From assembly GCA_020846435.1 (NCBI GenBank), contig JADLDY010000013.1:18906-82905 (forward strand): 64,000 nt of DNA, given 5' to 3'. This DNA is from Deltaproteobacteria bacterium. Its GTDB lineage: Bacteria > Desulfobacterota > GWC2-55-46. Below the pieces are notes generated by a model that was not told the origin of the DNA, searched no databases, and worked only from the letters and a program-made list of their open reading frames with translations. Positions within the stretch are counted from its first letter, which is position 1, and each line of letters opens with the position of its first letter. Positions 44,615 to 54,380 of the stretch are shown here, one piece after another. The translations under genes and the position numbers were made by a program.

Positions 44615-45973
44615 TTATAAGATGTATCTCGAAAGGTCCTCGTCCCTTACTATGTCGGAGAGCCTCTTTGACACGTACTGCCTGTCGATCGTCACCTTCT
44701 TTTCGATCATGTCCGGGGCGTCGAATGATATTTCGTCGAACACTCTCTCCATCACCGTGTGCAGGCGCCTGGCGCCGATGTTCTCCATCCTCTCGTTCAC
44801 GACCGTCGCGATCGACGCTATCTCCCTTACCCCGTCATCAGTATAGCTCACATCGATGCCTTCGGTCTCAAGGAGCGCCTGATACTGCTTCAACAGGGCG
44901 TTCTCAGGCTCGGTCAATATGCGGATGAAGTCATCCTCGCCGAGAGGCTCGAGCTCGACCCGTATGGGAAAGCGCCCCTGGAACTCAGGGATGAGGTCAG
45001 AGGGCTTTGCCACATGGAACGCGCCTGAGGCTATGAAGAGTATGTGGTCAGTTTTCACCATGCCGTACTTGGTGTTGACTGTCGAGCCTTCGACAATGGG
45101 CAGGAGGTCCCTCTGGACGCCTTCCCTCGAAACATCAGGGCTCGCCCCTGACTGGCGGCCGGCGATTTTGTCTATCTCGTCTATGAAGACTATGCCCGAC
45201 TGCTCGACCCTATCGACGGCTTCCCTCTGGACCTTGTCCATGTCGATGAGGCGCTGGCTCTCTTCCTGAATGAGTATCTCGTACGCCTCAGGCACTCTGA
45301 CCTTTCTCTTCCGGGTCTTCTTGGGGAAGATGTTGGAGAACATGTCTTTCAGGTTCATGTCCATCTCTTCGACGCCCTGGGAAGAGAGTATCTCTATGGA
45401 CGGCATCTTTGCCTGCTCGGAGGTCTCTATCTCGATGGTCTTGTCGTCGAGCTTGCCGTCCCTGAAAAGGGCCCTGAGCTTCTCCCTCGTCGACTTCTGG
45501 AGCTCGCGCTCCTTGGCTATGCGTTCCTGATCCTGCGCCTGAAAAGGGGCAGAGGTCACCGGCGGAAGGAGGTAGTCCAAAACCCTCTCCTCGGCCATAT
45601 CCTTTGCCTTGACCCTGACCTTGACCTTCTCCTCGTCCTTGACCATCTTCACGGCCAGCTCTGTCAGGTCTCTTATGATGCTCTCGACATCGCGGCCGAC
45701 ATAGCCCACCTCAGTGAACTTGCTGGCCTCGACCTTGATAAAGGGCGCCTGCGCGAGCTTGGCGAGCCTTCTGGATATCTCGGTCTTGCCTACGCCAGTT
45801 GGACCGATCATTATTATGTTCTTGGGATATATCTCTTCCTTGAGACCGGCGTGGACCTGCTGGCGCCTCCAGCGGTTGCGCAAGGCTATGGCCACAGCCC
45901 TCTTCGCCTGTTTCTGCCCGATTATGTACTTGTCGAGCTCGGAGACTATCTCCCTTGGAGTAAAGTTCTTCAT
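44615..45973 (-). CDS. hslU: ATP-dependent protease ATPase subunit HslU.
   Basis: [21 protein letters not shown]; Walker [11 protein letters not shown]; I-domain. Confidence 0.96.
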   Translation of the reverse strand: MKNFTPREIVSELDKYIIGQKQAKRAVAIALRNRWRRQQVHAGLKEEIYPKNIIMIGPTGVGKTEISRRLAKLAQAPFIKVEASKFTEVGYVGRDVESIIRDLTELAVKMVKDEEKVKVRVKAKDMAEERVLDYLLPPVTSAPFQAQDQERIAKERELQKSTREKLRALFRDGKLDDKTIEIETSEQAKMPSIEILSSQGVEEMDMNLKDMFSNIFPKKTRKRKVRVPEAYEILIQEESQRLIDMDKVQREAVDRVEQSGIVFIDEIDKIAGRQSGASPDVSREGVQRDLLPIVEGSTVNTKYGMVKTDHILFIASGAFHVAKPSDLIPEFQGRFPIRVELEPLGEDDFIRILTEPENALLKQYQALLETEGIDVSYTDDGVREIASIATVVNERMENIGARRLHTVMERVFDEISFDAPDMIEKKVTIDRQYVSKRLSDIVRDEDLSRYIL

Positions 45974-45992
45974 GCCTTTATCGTCCCCTTAA

Positions 45993-46535
45993 TCAGGAAA
46001 GCTCCTCGACGGAGATGCTGTCGTTGGTATATATGCATATCTCGGAAGCAGTCTTCAACGCTTCTTCGGCTATGGTCCTGGCGTCAAGCGCGGTGTGACG
46101 GATGAGCATCTTCGCCGCCGCGAGAGCAAAGGCCCCGCCTGAGCCAATTGCCGCGATGCCTTCTTCAGGCTCTATGACATCCCCGTTGCCGGATATTATG
46201 AAGGTGTGCTCCTTGTCGGCTACTATCAAGAGAGCCTCCAGCCTGCGCAGGATGCGGTCTGTGCGCCAGTCTTTCGCGAGCTCTATTACGGCCTTGGTGA
46301 TATTGCCCCTAGTCGAGGTAAGCTTTGACTCGAACTTGTCGAACAGGGTCATGGCGTCGGCTGTGGAGCCCGCGAACCCGGCGACCACTTTGCCGTCAAG
46401 CATGCGGCGCACCTTGACCGCGCCTTTTTTCATGACGGTGTTGCCGAGGGTCACCTGGCCGTCGCCCGCTATGGCTACCTTGCCGTCCCTGCGTATCGCT
46501 ATTATGGTGGTGCCGTGGAATGTTATGCCTGACAA
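45993..46535 (-). CDS. hslV: ATP-dependent protease subunit HslV.
   Basis: The [23 protein letters not shown] motif has Thr directly after the initiator region. The preferred start is the TTG at 46535 with GAGGAG 6 nt upstream, just after the xerC stop. The ORF track starts at 46580, which would overlap xerC. Confidence 0.9.
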   Translation of the reverse strand: MSGITFHGTTIIAIRRDGKVAIAGDGQVTLGNTVMKKGAVKVRRMLDGKVVAGFAGSTADAMTLFDKFESKLTSTRGNITKAVIELAKDWRTDRILRRLEALLIVADKEHTFIISGNGDVIEPEEGIAAIGSGGAFALAAAKMLIRHTALDARTIAEEALKTASEICIYTNDSISVEELS

Positions 46536-46545
46536 GAGAGACTCC

Positions 46546-47487
46546 TCAACTCTTTTTGGCCCTCGGATGGGCGCTGTCATAGGCTTCCATCATCTTCTGG
46601 ATGCCGACTTTCGTGTACCTCTGCGTGGTCGAGAGCTTCGCGTGTCCCAAAAGCTCCTGTATGACCCTCAGGTCTGCCCCCGCGTCAAGAAGGTGCGTCG
46701 CGAAAGAATGCCTCAGAGCGTGCGGGGTTGGGTCTTTGGAGATGCCGCAGCTTGCCGTGTACGCCTTCACGAGCCTCTGGATAGTCCTCGGGGTTATCCT
46801 CGCGTTGCCCTTTCCAGAAAAGACAGGCCCGTCCTGGCCCCCCCGCTGCCTGAGGTACTCCCTGAGAGAGCCCTTGGCCAGGTCGCCTAAAAAGGCTATC
46901 CTTTCCTTTGAGCCCTTGCCAAGGACCTTTATCGTCCCGGCGGAAAGGTCGACGTCTTTCATGTCGAGCCCTGTGAGCTCGGAAACCCTTATTCCCGACG
47001 AATAAAGGACCTCCAGTATGGCGAGGTCCCTGAGCGCGTTCCTGTTATCGGCCTTACCCTCGATTTTAAGGGCAGGCGCCTCTACGAGGCTTTTTGCCTC
47101 CTCAGCGGTAAGGACGGCCGGGAGATACTTCTCTACCTTGGGGGTCGCGACCAGCTCGGCAGGGTTGGTCGCGGCAAACCCCTTTCTTATCAGAAACCTG
47201 AAAAAAGACCTTATCGAGGAAAGCTTCCTCGCGATAGAGACCTTGCGGCACCCGCCATGAAGCCTGTATACAAAAGAGGTGACGGCCGCTTCGGTCAAAA
47301 GCGCAGGCTCGAATCCCCACCTGCCGTCTTCGAGCAGGAATTCATGGAACTGCCTGAGGTCGCTTTCGTAGCCGGCCCTTGTGTGGGGCGAGAAGTTGCG
47401 CTCCACGACCAGATAGTCCATGAACTCCGCTACAAGGGCCGGAAAAGAGGCCTTATCCGGTGTGTTGGAGCCGCTTTTATCAGGCAT
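46546..47487 (-). CDS. xerC: Tyrosine recombinase XerC/XerD.
   Basis: N-terminal SAM-like domain; catalytic R..HxxR..Y ([10 protein letters not shown]...[15 protein letters not shown]). The xerC-hslVU arrangement is the classic one. Confidence 0.88.
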   Translation of the reverse strand: MPDKSGSNTPDKASFPALVAEFMDYLVVERNFSPHTRAGYESDLRQFHEFLLEDGRWGFEPALLTEAAVTSFVYRLHGGCRKVSIARKLSSIRSFFRFLIRKGFAATNPAELVATPKVEKYLPAVLTAEEAKSLVEAPALKIEGKADNRNALRDLAILEVLYSSGIRVSELTGLDMKDVDLSAGTIKVLGKGSKERIAFLGDLAKGSLREYLRQRGGQDGPVFSGKGNARITPRTIQRLVKAYTASCGISKDPTPHALRHSFATHLLDAGADLRVIQELLGHAKLSTTQRYTKVGIQKMMEAYDSAHPRAKKS

Positions 47488-47551
47488 ATTCCGCTTTTTA
47501 CCAAAAATTGCTTATAACACCAAAAGCCGAAAGTCGCAACACAAAAAACCG

Positions 47552-48235
47552 CTACTTTATGATGTCTCCGATGCGATTGAACCTGACCCAACGGCTGTCC
47601 CTGTCCCATGACCAGTATATCATGAAGGCCTTGCCCTTTATGTCCTCGATGGGCACCGGACCCCAGTACCTGGAGTCGTAACTCCTGTCGCGGTTGTCGC
47701 CCATGCAAAAGACGGTACCAGCCGGCACGGTGTACGGGCCGAAAGTGACGTTCTTCTCCACCTCTTCGCCGGATACCCCGCCCTTGTTGACCCCGAACGG
47801 GTCTTCCCACTTCTCGTTGTTGACGTATATCTTCTTGTCGCGGACCTCGACCGTGTCGCCGGGCAGGCCCACTATCCTCTTGATGTAGTCCTTTGACCTG
47901 TCTCCCGGGAAGCGGAAGACCGCGACGTCTCCCCTTTCGATGGTCCCCCACGCGGAGACGAGCTTCGTCTCAAGGAACGGCACTTCAGAGCCCATGAACT
48001 TGACTGTCGCCGGCCGCGGCACCTGCAATCCGTACGCGAACTTGCTGACTATGATGTGGTCGCCTATGAGGAGCGTGTCTTCCATCGAACCGGACGGTAT
48101 CTTGAACGCCTGTATGAAGAAGGTCCTTATCAGGAGGGCGAGCACGAGGGCGACGATGACCGCCTCGGCTATCTCCCTGAAGTGGCTCTTCTTGACCTTC
48201 TCATGGCCTTTTTTTCCCTTGTCGAGCGTCGTCAT
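47552..48235 (-). CDS. lepB: Signal peptidase I.
   Basis: Catalytic Ser (SGSMEDTL), Lys (KRIVGLPGD), and GDNRDRSYDSRYWG. Confidence 0.92.
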   Translation of the reverse strand: MTTLDKGKKGHEKVKKSHFREIAEAVIVALVLALLIRTFFIQAFKIPSGSMEDTLLIGDHIIVSKFAYGLQVPRPATVKFMGSEVPFLETKLVSAWGTIERGDVAVFRFPGDRSKDYIKRIVGLPGDTVEVRDKKIYVNNEKWEDPFGVNKGGVSGEEVEKNVTFGPYTVPAGTVFCMGDNRDRSYDSRYWGPVPIEDIKGKAFMIYWSWDRDSRWVRFNRIGDIIK

Positions 48236-48239
48236 ATTC

Positions 48240-50084
48240 TCAGCTTACCTTAAGGACGGCAAGGAAGGCCTCCTGCGGCAACTCCACGCGGCCGACCTGC
48301 TTCATCCTCTTTTTTCCTTCCTTCTGCTTCTCGAGCAGCTTTCTTTTCCTTGAGATGTCTCCGCCGTAGCACTTGGCCGTGACGTTCTTTCTCAGAGCCT
48401 TTATGGTCTCCCTGGCTATGATCTTCGAGCCTATGGCGGCCTGTATTATGACCTCGAACATCTGCCTGGGGATTATCTCCTTCATCTTCTCGGCGAGCTC
48501 CTTCCCTCTGGAGAAGGCCCGCTCCCTCGGCACGATGAGCGAGAGAGCGTCGACGCCCTCGCTGTTTATGAGGATGTCGAGCTTGACGAGGTCGGACCTC
48601 CTGAAGTCGAGGTACTCATAGTCCATCGAGGCGTAGCCCTTTGTAAGGGTCTTCAACTTGTCGTAGAAATCGAGGACTATCTCGTTGAGCGGTATCTCGT
48701 AGAGGACCATGGCCCTCGTGGTGCTTATGAACTTTATCTCCTTCTGTATGCCCCTTTTGCCCTCGCACAGGCCGAGAACGGCGCCGAGGTACTCGGAGGG
48801 CATGTGAAGGGTCGCGTTGATGAACGGCTCTTCTATCATCTCTATGTACTGCGGGGTCGGGAGCTCTGAGGGGTTCTCGACCATCAGCACCTCTCCGTCG
48901 GTCTTGGTGACCCTGTAAGCGACCGTCGGCGCGGTTGTGATGAGCGAGAGGTTATACTCCCTCTCGAGCCTCTCCTGGATTATCTCCATGTGGAAGAGGC
49001 CCAAAAAGCCGCACCTGAAGCCAAAGCCCAAAGCAAGGGAAGTCTCAGGCTCGAAGGTGAACGACGAATCGTTAAGCCTTAGCTTCTGGACAGCCTCTTT
49101 CAAATCCTCGTACTGCGAGGAATCAACCGGATAAAGGCCGCTGAATACCATTGACTTGGCAGGCTTATAGCCCGGGAGAGGCTCTGCCGTCGGGTTTGCG
49201 GCGTCGGTGATGGTATCTCCGACGCTCGTGTCCCTAACCTCTTTTATTCCGGCTATCACGAAACCGACTTCGCCGGGGCCGAGCTCGTCTATGGTCTTGG
49301 GGCCCGGCGTGAAAACGCCGACCTTGTCGACATCAAATTCCTTGCCGTTGGCCATGAAGCGAAGGCGCGTGCCCTTCTTTATGACACCGTCCATGACCCT
49401 TATCTGGACGACGACGCCCTGATAGGTGTCGTACCAGCAGTCAAAGACAAGAGCCTTCAGCGGCTTGTTGATGTCGCCCTTTGGGGGGGGGATGCGCTTG
49501 ACTATCGCTTCCAGCACGTCCTTTATACCTATGCCGGCCTTGGCGCTGGTAAGGACGGCCTCGGAAGCGTCTATGCCGCAGACCTCTTCTATCTCCTCTT
49601 TTATCCTCTCAGGGTCGGCTGAAGGAAGGTCTATCTTGTTAAGCACGGGGAAGATATCGAGGCCGACGTCGACCGCCGTATACAGGTGCGCGAGGGTTTG
49701 GGCCTCGACGCCCTGGGACGCGTCAACTATGAGGAGAGCGCCCTCGCACGCGGTCAGAGACCTCGAGACTTCGTAGCTGAAGTCGACATGGCCCGGAGTA
49801 TCTATGAGGTTTAAAATGTAGGTATTCCCGTCGTCGGCCTTGTAGACGAGCCTCGCGGTCTGCGCCTTGATGGTTATGCCGCGCTCACGTTCGAGGTCCA
49901 TCTTGTCGAGGAACTGGTCCATCATCTCTCTTTTGGTGATGGTCCCTGTGTACTCAAGGAGCCTGTCCGAAAGAGTCGATTTCCCGTGGTCTATGTGAGC
50001 TATGATGGAAAAATTGCGTATTTTCTGTACGTCAGTTGCCACTAATACCCCTTGTCCTGATCGATGGAGAAGCATGAAGAACAT
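48240..50084 (-). CDS. lepA: Translation elongation factor 4 (LepA).
   Basis: [18 protein letters not shown]-domain and the LepA-specific C-terminal domain. The true start may be the internal GTG at 50042 or the ATG at 50075. Confidence 0.95.
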   Translation of the reverse strand: MFFMLLHRSGQGVLVATDVQKIRNFSIIAHIDHGKSTLSDRLLEYTGTITKREMMDQFLDKMDLERERGITIKAQTARLVYKADDGNTYILNLIDTPGHVDFSYEVSRSLTACEGALLIVDASQGVEAQTLAHLYTAVDVGLDIFPVLNKIDLPSADPERIKEEIEEVCGIDASEAVLTSAKAGIGIKDVLEAIVKRIPPPKGDINKPLKALVFDCWYDTYQGVVVQIRVMDGVIKKGTRLRFMANGKEFDVDKVGVFTPGPKTIDELGPGEVGFVIAGIKEVRDTSVGDTITDAANPTAEPLPGYKPAKSMVFSGLYPVDSSQYEDLKEAVQKLRLNDSSFTFEPETSLALGFGFRCGFLGLFHMEIIQERLEREYNLSLITTAPTVAYRVTKTDGEVLMVENPSELPTPQYIEMIEEPFINATLHMPSEYLGAVLGLCEGKRGIQKEIKFISTTRAMVLYEIPLNEIVLDFYDKLKTLTKGYASMDYEYLDFRRSDLVKLDILINSEGVDALSLIVPRERAFSRGKELAEKMKEIIPRQMFEVIIQAAIGSKIIARETIKALRKNVTAKCYGGDISRKRKLLEKQKEGKKRMKQVGRVELPQEAFLAVLKVS

Positions 50085-50112
50085 ATTATTTTAAATAATA
50101 CGGGGGGTTTTG

Positions 50113-50146
50113 TCAAAAGAAAACCCCGGCCTTCAAAAGGCCGGGG
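50113..50146 (-). terminator. Rho-independent terminator downstream of cutA.
   Basis: Minus strand: ccccggcc-ttttgaa-ggccgggg followed by ttttctttt. Confidence 0.7.
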
Positions 50147-50159
50147 AAATGGGGGGATT

Positions 50160-50489
50160 TCAGCCCTTTTTGAGGCCCGTGGCGCGGTCTATCCACTTGA
50201 GGTAGTCGGCGTGTCCGTCCTTGATGTCGATGGCGATGACCTCGGGGACCTCATAGCCGTGGAGCTCGACTATCCTGGCCTTCAATTCCTCGAAGAGGCG
50301 CGAGCGGGTTTTCATTATGCACAAGACCTCCTGCTCGTCGTACCTCTCGCCCTTCCAGATGTATATGGACCTTACGCCGGAGATTATGTTACAGCAGGCG
50401 GCCAGGCCTTCGTTTATGACAGCGTCAGCTATCTCGACTGCCGCGTCGTCATCGCTCACGGTCGTCATGACGACTATGTGCCCTTCCAT
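50160..50489 (-). CDS. cutA: Divalent-cation tolerance protein CutA.
   Basis: 109 aa; fully aligns with CutA1 (GLAACCNII...SIYIWKG). Confidence 0.88.
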   Translation of the reverse strand: MEGHIVVMTTVSDDDAAVEIADAVINEGLAACCNIISGVRSIYIWKGERYDEQEVLCIMKTRSRLFEELKARIVELHGYEVPEVIAIDIKDGHADYLKWIDRATGLKKG

Positions 50490-50622
50490 GAAAAACCTCC
50501 TTCGATGGGGGTTGAATAAAGGAAAAACTAACAGATCAGGGGATATAAATCAATAAGACCGTGGCCGGGATTCGTGACCTTGAAAAAATAAAAACAGCGC
50601 AGAAAGACTTCACGAACACCGG

Positions 50623-51108
50623 TCACGATAACAGCTTTTTCAGGTCTCCCATCATCCGCTCCCTGTGGGTTCCTCCCCAGTAGACCCTCTTGCACGCCGG
50701 GCACATTGAAAATTCGTCTTGCGTCAAAAAGACATACTGCGGGACCTTCTCTTCGACCAGTTGCCTGTCTATACGCTCAAGCGTAGCGTTGCAGCGCAGG
50801 CACCTCGTGAGGAGCTTTTCCTCCTCATTGGGGAACAGGGAAGTGACCTGCTTGAGCTGCGCCCCAACATCTTCGCTCTCGATGAATACGGCGCGGCCTC
50901 TCGCGAGGCGGCGTTTCATCAAAAGGGTATCCCTCGTAAGCACGATCCTGCCGTCGGCCGCGGCCCTCAATAACAAGGCGGTGTCGTCTATATGGGCCTC
51001 GTACAGGGCGTCATAGCCGAGCGTCCTCATCCATCTGGCGAGAGAGCCGAGCATGGCGTCAACGAAGAACTTCTTTTCCATAAAGCTCCGCAATAAAAAA
51101 GGCCGCAC
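50623..51108 (-). CDS. Mut7-C RNase domain protein (PIN-like nuclease with C-terminal zinc ribbon).
   Basis: FFVDAMLGSLARWMRTLGYD... and C-terminal RCLRCN...CPACKRVYWGGTH. Confidence 0.65.
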   Translation of the reverse strand: MRPFLLRSFMEKKFFVDAMLGSLARWMRTLGYDALYEAHIDDTALLLRAAADGRIVLTRDTLLMKRRLARGRAVFIESEDVGAQLKQVTSLFPNEEEKLLTRCLRCNATLERIDRQLVEEKVPQYVFLTQDEFSMCPACKRVYWGGTHRERMMGDLKKLLS

Positions 51109-51131
51109 CAGTTAAAGTGACGGCCCTTTTT
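51094..51131 (-). terminator. Rho-independent terminator downstream of pfkA.
   Basis: aaaaaaggccgcacc...gtgacggccctttttat. Confidence 0.6.
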
Positions 51132-51150
51132 ATCTTTATTTCTCTGTCAG

Positions 51151-52179
51151 TTACCCGAAGAATATCTGGGCCGTCCTGAACATCTCCATGTCGACTGTCT
51201 TCAGCTTTGAAGTCGCCTCGTGCAGCGAAACATCGACTATCTTGTTCCCCTGGAGCGCGACCATCCTGCCGTATATGCCCTCATGGAGCAGCTCTATGGC
51301 CTTCACGCCAAACCTCGTGGCAAGGACCCTGTCATAGGCCGTCGGCGTCCCTCCCCTTTGCAGATGGCCGAGCACCACGAAGCGAGACTCGAACTTGAGC
51401 CTCTTTTCGATCTCGTTGGCGAGGAACTCGCCTATGCCGCCGAGCCGTACATGGCCGAACGCGTCCAGCTCCTTTTCCTTCGTTATCATGCCGGCGGCCT
51501 TCGGGGTCGCGCCTTCGGCCGCGACGACTATGCTGAAGTTCTTTCCCGCGGAGCGCCTGTTCTGGATATGTTTGCAGACATCGTCGATGTCAAACGGCTG
51601 CTCAGGGATGAGGATCACGTCCGCGCCTCCGGCGAGCCCGCCGTAGACGGCTATCCAGCCGGCATGACGGCCCATGACCTCGACGACCATGACCCTCTGG
51701 TGCGATTCCGTTGTAGAATGGAGCCTGTCGAGAGATTCTGTTACGATGCCGACTGCCGTGTCAAAGCCGAAGGTGAAGTCAGTGCCGGTGAGGTCGTTGT
51801 CTATCGTCTTTGGCACGCCGACGGTCTTTATCCCCTTGTCATTGAGCTTGGAGGCGACCCCGAGGGTGTCATCCCCGCCGATGCAGACAAGCGCGTCGAG
51901 CTTCAATTCGTTTATGTTCCTTATGACCTGCTCCGCGTCCTTTTCGTTCTTGAACGGGTTTGTCCTCGATGTGCCAAGTATTGTGCCGCCGAGGTGTATG
52001 AGCCCGGAGACAGACCCGGCGTCGAGCTTCATCGTCTTCTTTTCAAGGAGGCCTCTCCAGCCCTCTTTTATGCCAGTAAACTCGTGTCCGAGCTGGATCC
52101 CTCTTTTCACCACCGCCCTTATGACGGCGTTGAGCCCCGGGCAGTCTCCGCCGCCTGTAAGCATGCCTATATTCATCAT
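51151..52179 (-). CDS. pfkA: 6-phosphofructokinase.
   Basis: GGDCPGLNAVIRAVV, GGDDTL and MGRHAGW motifs. Confidence 0.93.
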   Translation of the reverse strand: MMNIGMLTGGGDCPGLNAVIRAVVKRGIQLGHEFTGIKEGWRGLLEKKTMKLDAGSVSGLIHLGGTILGTSRTNPFKNEKDAEQVIRNINELKLDALVCIGGDDTLGVASKLNDKGIKTVGVPKTIDNDLTGTDFTFGFDTAVGIVTESLDRLHSTTESHQRVMVVEVMGRHAGWIAVYGGLAGGADVILIPEQPFDIDDVCKHIQNRRSAGKNFSIVVAAEGATPKAAGMITKEKELDAFGHVRLGGIGEFLANEIEKRLKFESRFVVLGHLQRGGTPTAYDRVLATRFGVKAIELLHEGIYGRMVALQGNKIVDVSLHEATSKLKTVDMEMFRTAQIFFG

Positions 52180-52206
52180 TTCACCCCCGAAATTTTTTCA
52201 GTTTAT

Positions 52207-53625
52207 TCATGCCGCGCCGGAAGGCGCAAGAGGAAGCGTCGCTGTGAAGGTCGAGCCTGCCCCGGGGGCGCTCTGCGCCTCTATGGAGCCCCCGTGAGCC
52301 TCGGCTATCTCCATGCAGATACTGAGCCCCAGGCCCGCGCCTCCGACTTCCCTTGTGCGGGCCTTGTCAACGCGGTAGAACCTGTCGAATATGAACGGCA
52401 GGTCGTCAGCGGATATGCCAACGCCTGTGTCCTTGACCCTGAAAACAGCGTTTGGCGCTTTTTCCTGGAGACTGACCTCGACGCGGCCTCCCTCTGGAGT
52501 GTACTTTATGGCGTTGTCGATGAGGTTATAGACGAGCTGTGAGAGCCTCACCTCGTCGCCAAGGACAGTGACCGGACTCCTCTCAAGTATATCCAACCGG
52601 ACCCCGTTGTCAAAAGCGAGTTTTTTGAGGTGCTCGAACCTCTCCGAGACGACCTTGTCGAGGCGCACCGGGTGTTTGGCGAGCGTGCCCTTCTCGACGT
52701 CCATCCTGGCGAGGTCCAGAAGGCTCTTCACTATGTAGTTCATCCGGTCTATCTCTTCGATGCTCGAAGCGAGGACCTCTTTCATGTACTTGACGTCGTC
52801 CTTCGACCTCAGGGCCATCTCAATTTCGCCCTTTAATATTGTAAGCGGGGTTTTGAGCTCATGGGAAGCGTCCCCGGTGAACTGCCTGATCTGTTTGAAG
52901 GAGTGCTCGAGCCTCTCTATCATCTCGTTCATGGTCTCGGCGAGCCTGCCGAGCTCGTCCTGCGGCACGTCCGCACGTATCCTCTCGTCGAGGTTCTCGG
53001 CCGTTATCTTGCGCGCCGTGGCCGTCATCTCAATCACGGGCTTCAACGCCTTCCTGGCCAAAAACCAGCCCACCGCGCCGGCCACGACGACCGAAGCGAT
53101 TATCCCGGGTATGAGAATGTAGAGCAGGGAATTGAAAATCTCGTCCATGCCCTCAAGGGAAGTGCCGACCTGGACAATGGCAACGAGCCTGCCGCCGTGC
53201 TCTATCGGCTTGGTCACGACGCGCATGGGGTACTTGCCCACCTTCCTCACGACCTCATAGGTGGTGGCCCCGCCTATTGCGGCGCGGTAGGTAGGCGCAG
53301 GGACAGTGATGGTAATGCCCTCCATGTTCGAGGACTTCGCCAGAATGCCGCCGTGCGGGTCAAGCACCTGGATGTAGCTCCCGGCGGTCCTGACGCCGAA
53401 GAACCTCTCGAGCATGATGTCGAAGTCCCTGGGGATGAAGAGCTTTCCTGAAGGGTTGATTACGGTATGGACCATCATGTCCGCTATGGAGATTATCTGG
53501 TTGTCCATGCGGTAGATGAAGATCTTGAGAAGGGAGTACGAGAATATGGCGCCGAAAGCCAGAAGGCTTACGAACAGGAGCGTCGTATACCAGAAGGTGA
53601 GCCTTGTCCTTATCGAAAATGCCAT
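52207..53625 (-). CDS. Sensor histidine kinase with two TM helices, periplasmic domain, HAMP, HisKA and HATPase_c; no adjacent response regulator.
   Basis: H-box SHELKTPLT, N-box, and G-boxes GGAGLGLSI. Confidence 0.88.
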   Translation of the reverse strand: MAFSIRTRLTFWYTTLLFVSLLAFGAIFSYSLLKIFIYRMDNQIISIADMMVHTVINPSGKLFIPRDFDIMLERFFGVRTAGSYIQVLDPHGGILAKSSNMEGITITVPAPTYRAAIGGATTYEVVRKVGKYPMRVVTKPIEHGGRLVAIVQVGTSLEGMDEIFNSLLYILIPGIIASVVVAGAVGWFLARKALKPVIEMTATARKITAENLDERIRADVPQDELGRLAETMNEMIERLEHSFKQIRQFTGDASHELKTPLTILKGEIEMALRSKDDVKYMKEVLASSIEEIDRMNYIVKSLLDLARMDVEKGTLAKHPVRLDKVVSERFEHLKKLAFDNGVRLDILERSPVTVLGDEVRLSQLVYNLIDNAIKYTPEGGRVEVSLQEKAPNAVFRVKDTGVGISADDLPFIFDRFYRVDKARTREVGGAGLGLSICMEIAEAHGGSIEAQSAPGAGSTFTATLPLAPSGAA

Positions 53626-53654
53626 GAGAGAGGTCTTCCGGGCTTCAAGCGGCC

Positions 53655-54371
53655 CTATTCGCCCAGGGCCTTCAACCTGGCCAGGGACTTGATTATTATC
53701 TCCTTCCTCTTTATCTCGAGGATGCCTTCTTCCTTGAAGCTCTTGAGGAGCCTTATGGAAGTCTCCTGCGTTATGCCGAGGAGCTCGGCGATCTCGAGCC
53801 TCGAGAGGGTCAGGTTGAGCTTTACCCCTTCGGCCTCCTTGACGCCGTACTGGGAAGCCAGCGTATACAGGAGGTGCGCGAGCTTTTCTCTCGCGTTGAG
53901 AAGGCCGAGATAGCCTATCCTCTCGTAGGCGCTGTTCAGCTCCCTGCCGAGAGAGAGGATGAGCTTTCTCGCTATGCCAGGCTCGTTCTCGAGTATCTTG
54001 AAGAAGGCGTGACGCTCGACGTAGCAGAGCTCGCAGTCTTCCATGGCCACGGCCGTGTGCCTGTAAATGCGGCCGTTATAGAAGACCTCGAAGCCAAGCA
54101 GGTCTCCGGGGTTCATTATGCTTATTATCTGCTCCTTGCCGGTAGACGACGACCTGACTATCTTGACCCTGCCGGTTCGGATGATGTAGAGCCCGGAGCA
54201 CTCGTCGCCCTCCATGAATACTATCTCGCGCTTCTTGTGGTGGTTTATGACCACCGCCTCCTTGAAGGCGTCAAGCTGAGCCGCGTTGAGCCCTGTGAAA
54301 AGGGCGTTCTCCTTTATGTGGCATCTGCAGAGCGAACATACAGATTCCTTGTCAGCCAGTATCGTCATCAA
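53655..54371 (-). CDS. Crp/Fnr family regulator with N-terminal Cys cluster (FNR-like, possible Fe-S or redox sensor).
   Basis: CSLCRC at residues 12-17 plus later Cys (DECSG, DCELCY); cNMP-binding domain; HTH (ETSIRLLKSF). Confidence 0.8.
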   Translation of the reverse strand: MMTILADKESVCSLCRCHIKENALFTGLNAAQLDAFKEAVVINHHKKREIVFMEGDECSGLYIIRTGRVKIVRSSSTGKEQIISIMNPGDLLGFEVFYNGRIYRHTAVAMEDCELCYVERHAFFKILENEPGIARKLILSLGRELNSAYERIGYLGLLNAREKLAHLLYTLASQYGVKEAEGVKLNLTLSRLEIAELLGITQETSIRLLKSFKEEGILEIKRKEIIIKSLARLKALGE

Positions 54372-54380
54372 TGGACCCCG

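Noticed and set aside
51220-52542. 440-aa plus-strand ORF spanning pfkA and the start of the histidine kinase.
   Set aside because: It is antisense to two well-supported genes and crosses an intergenic terminator region; no domain signature.
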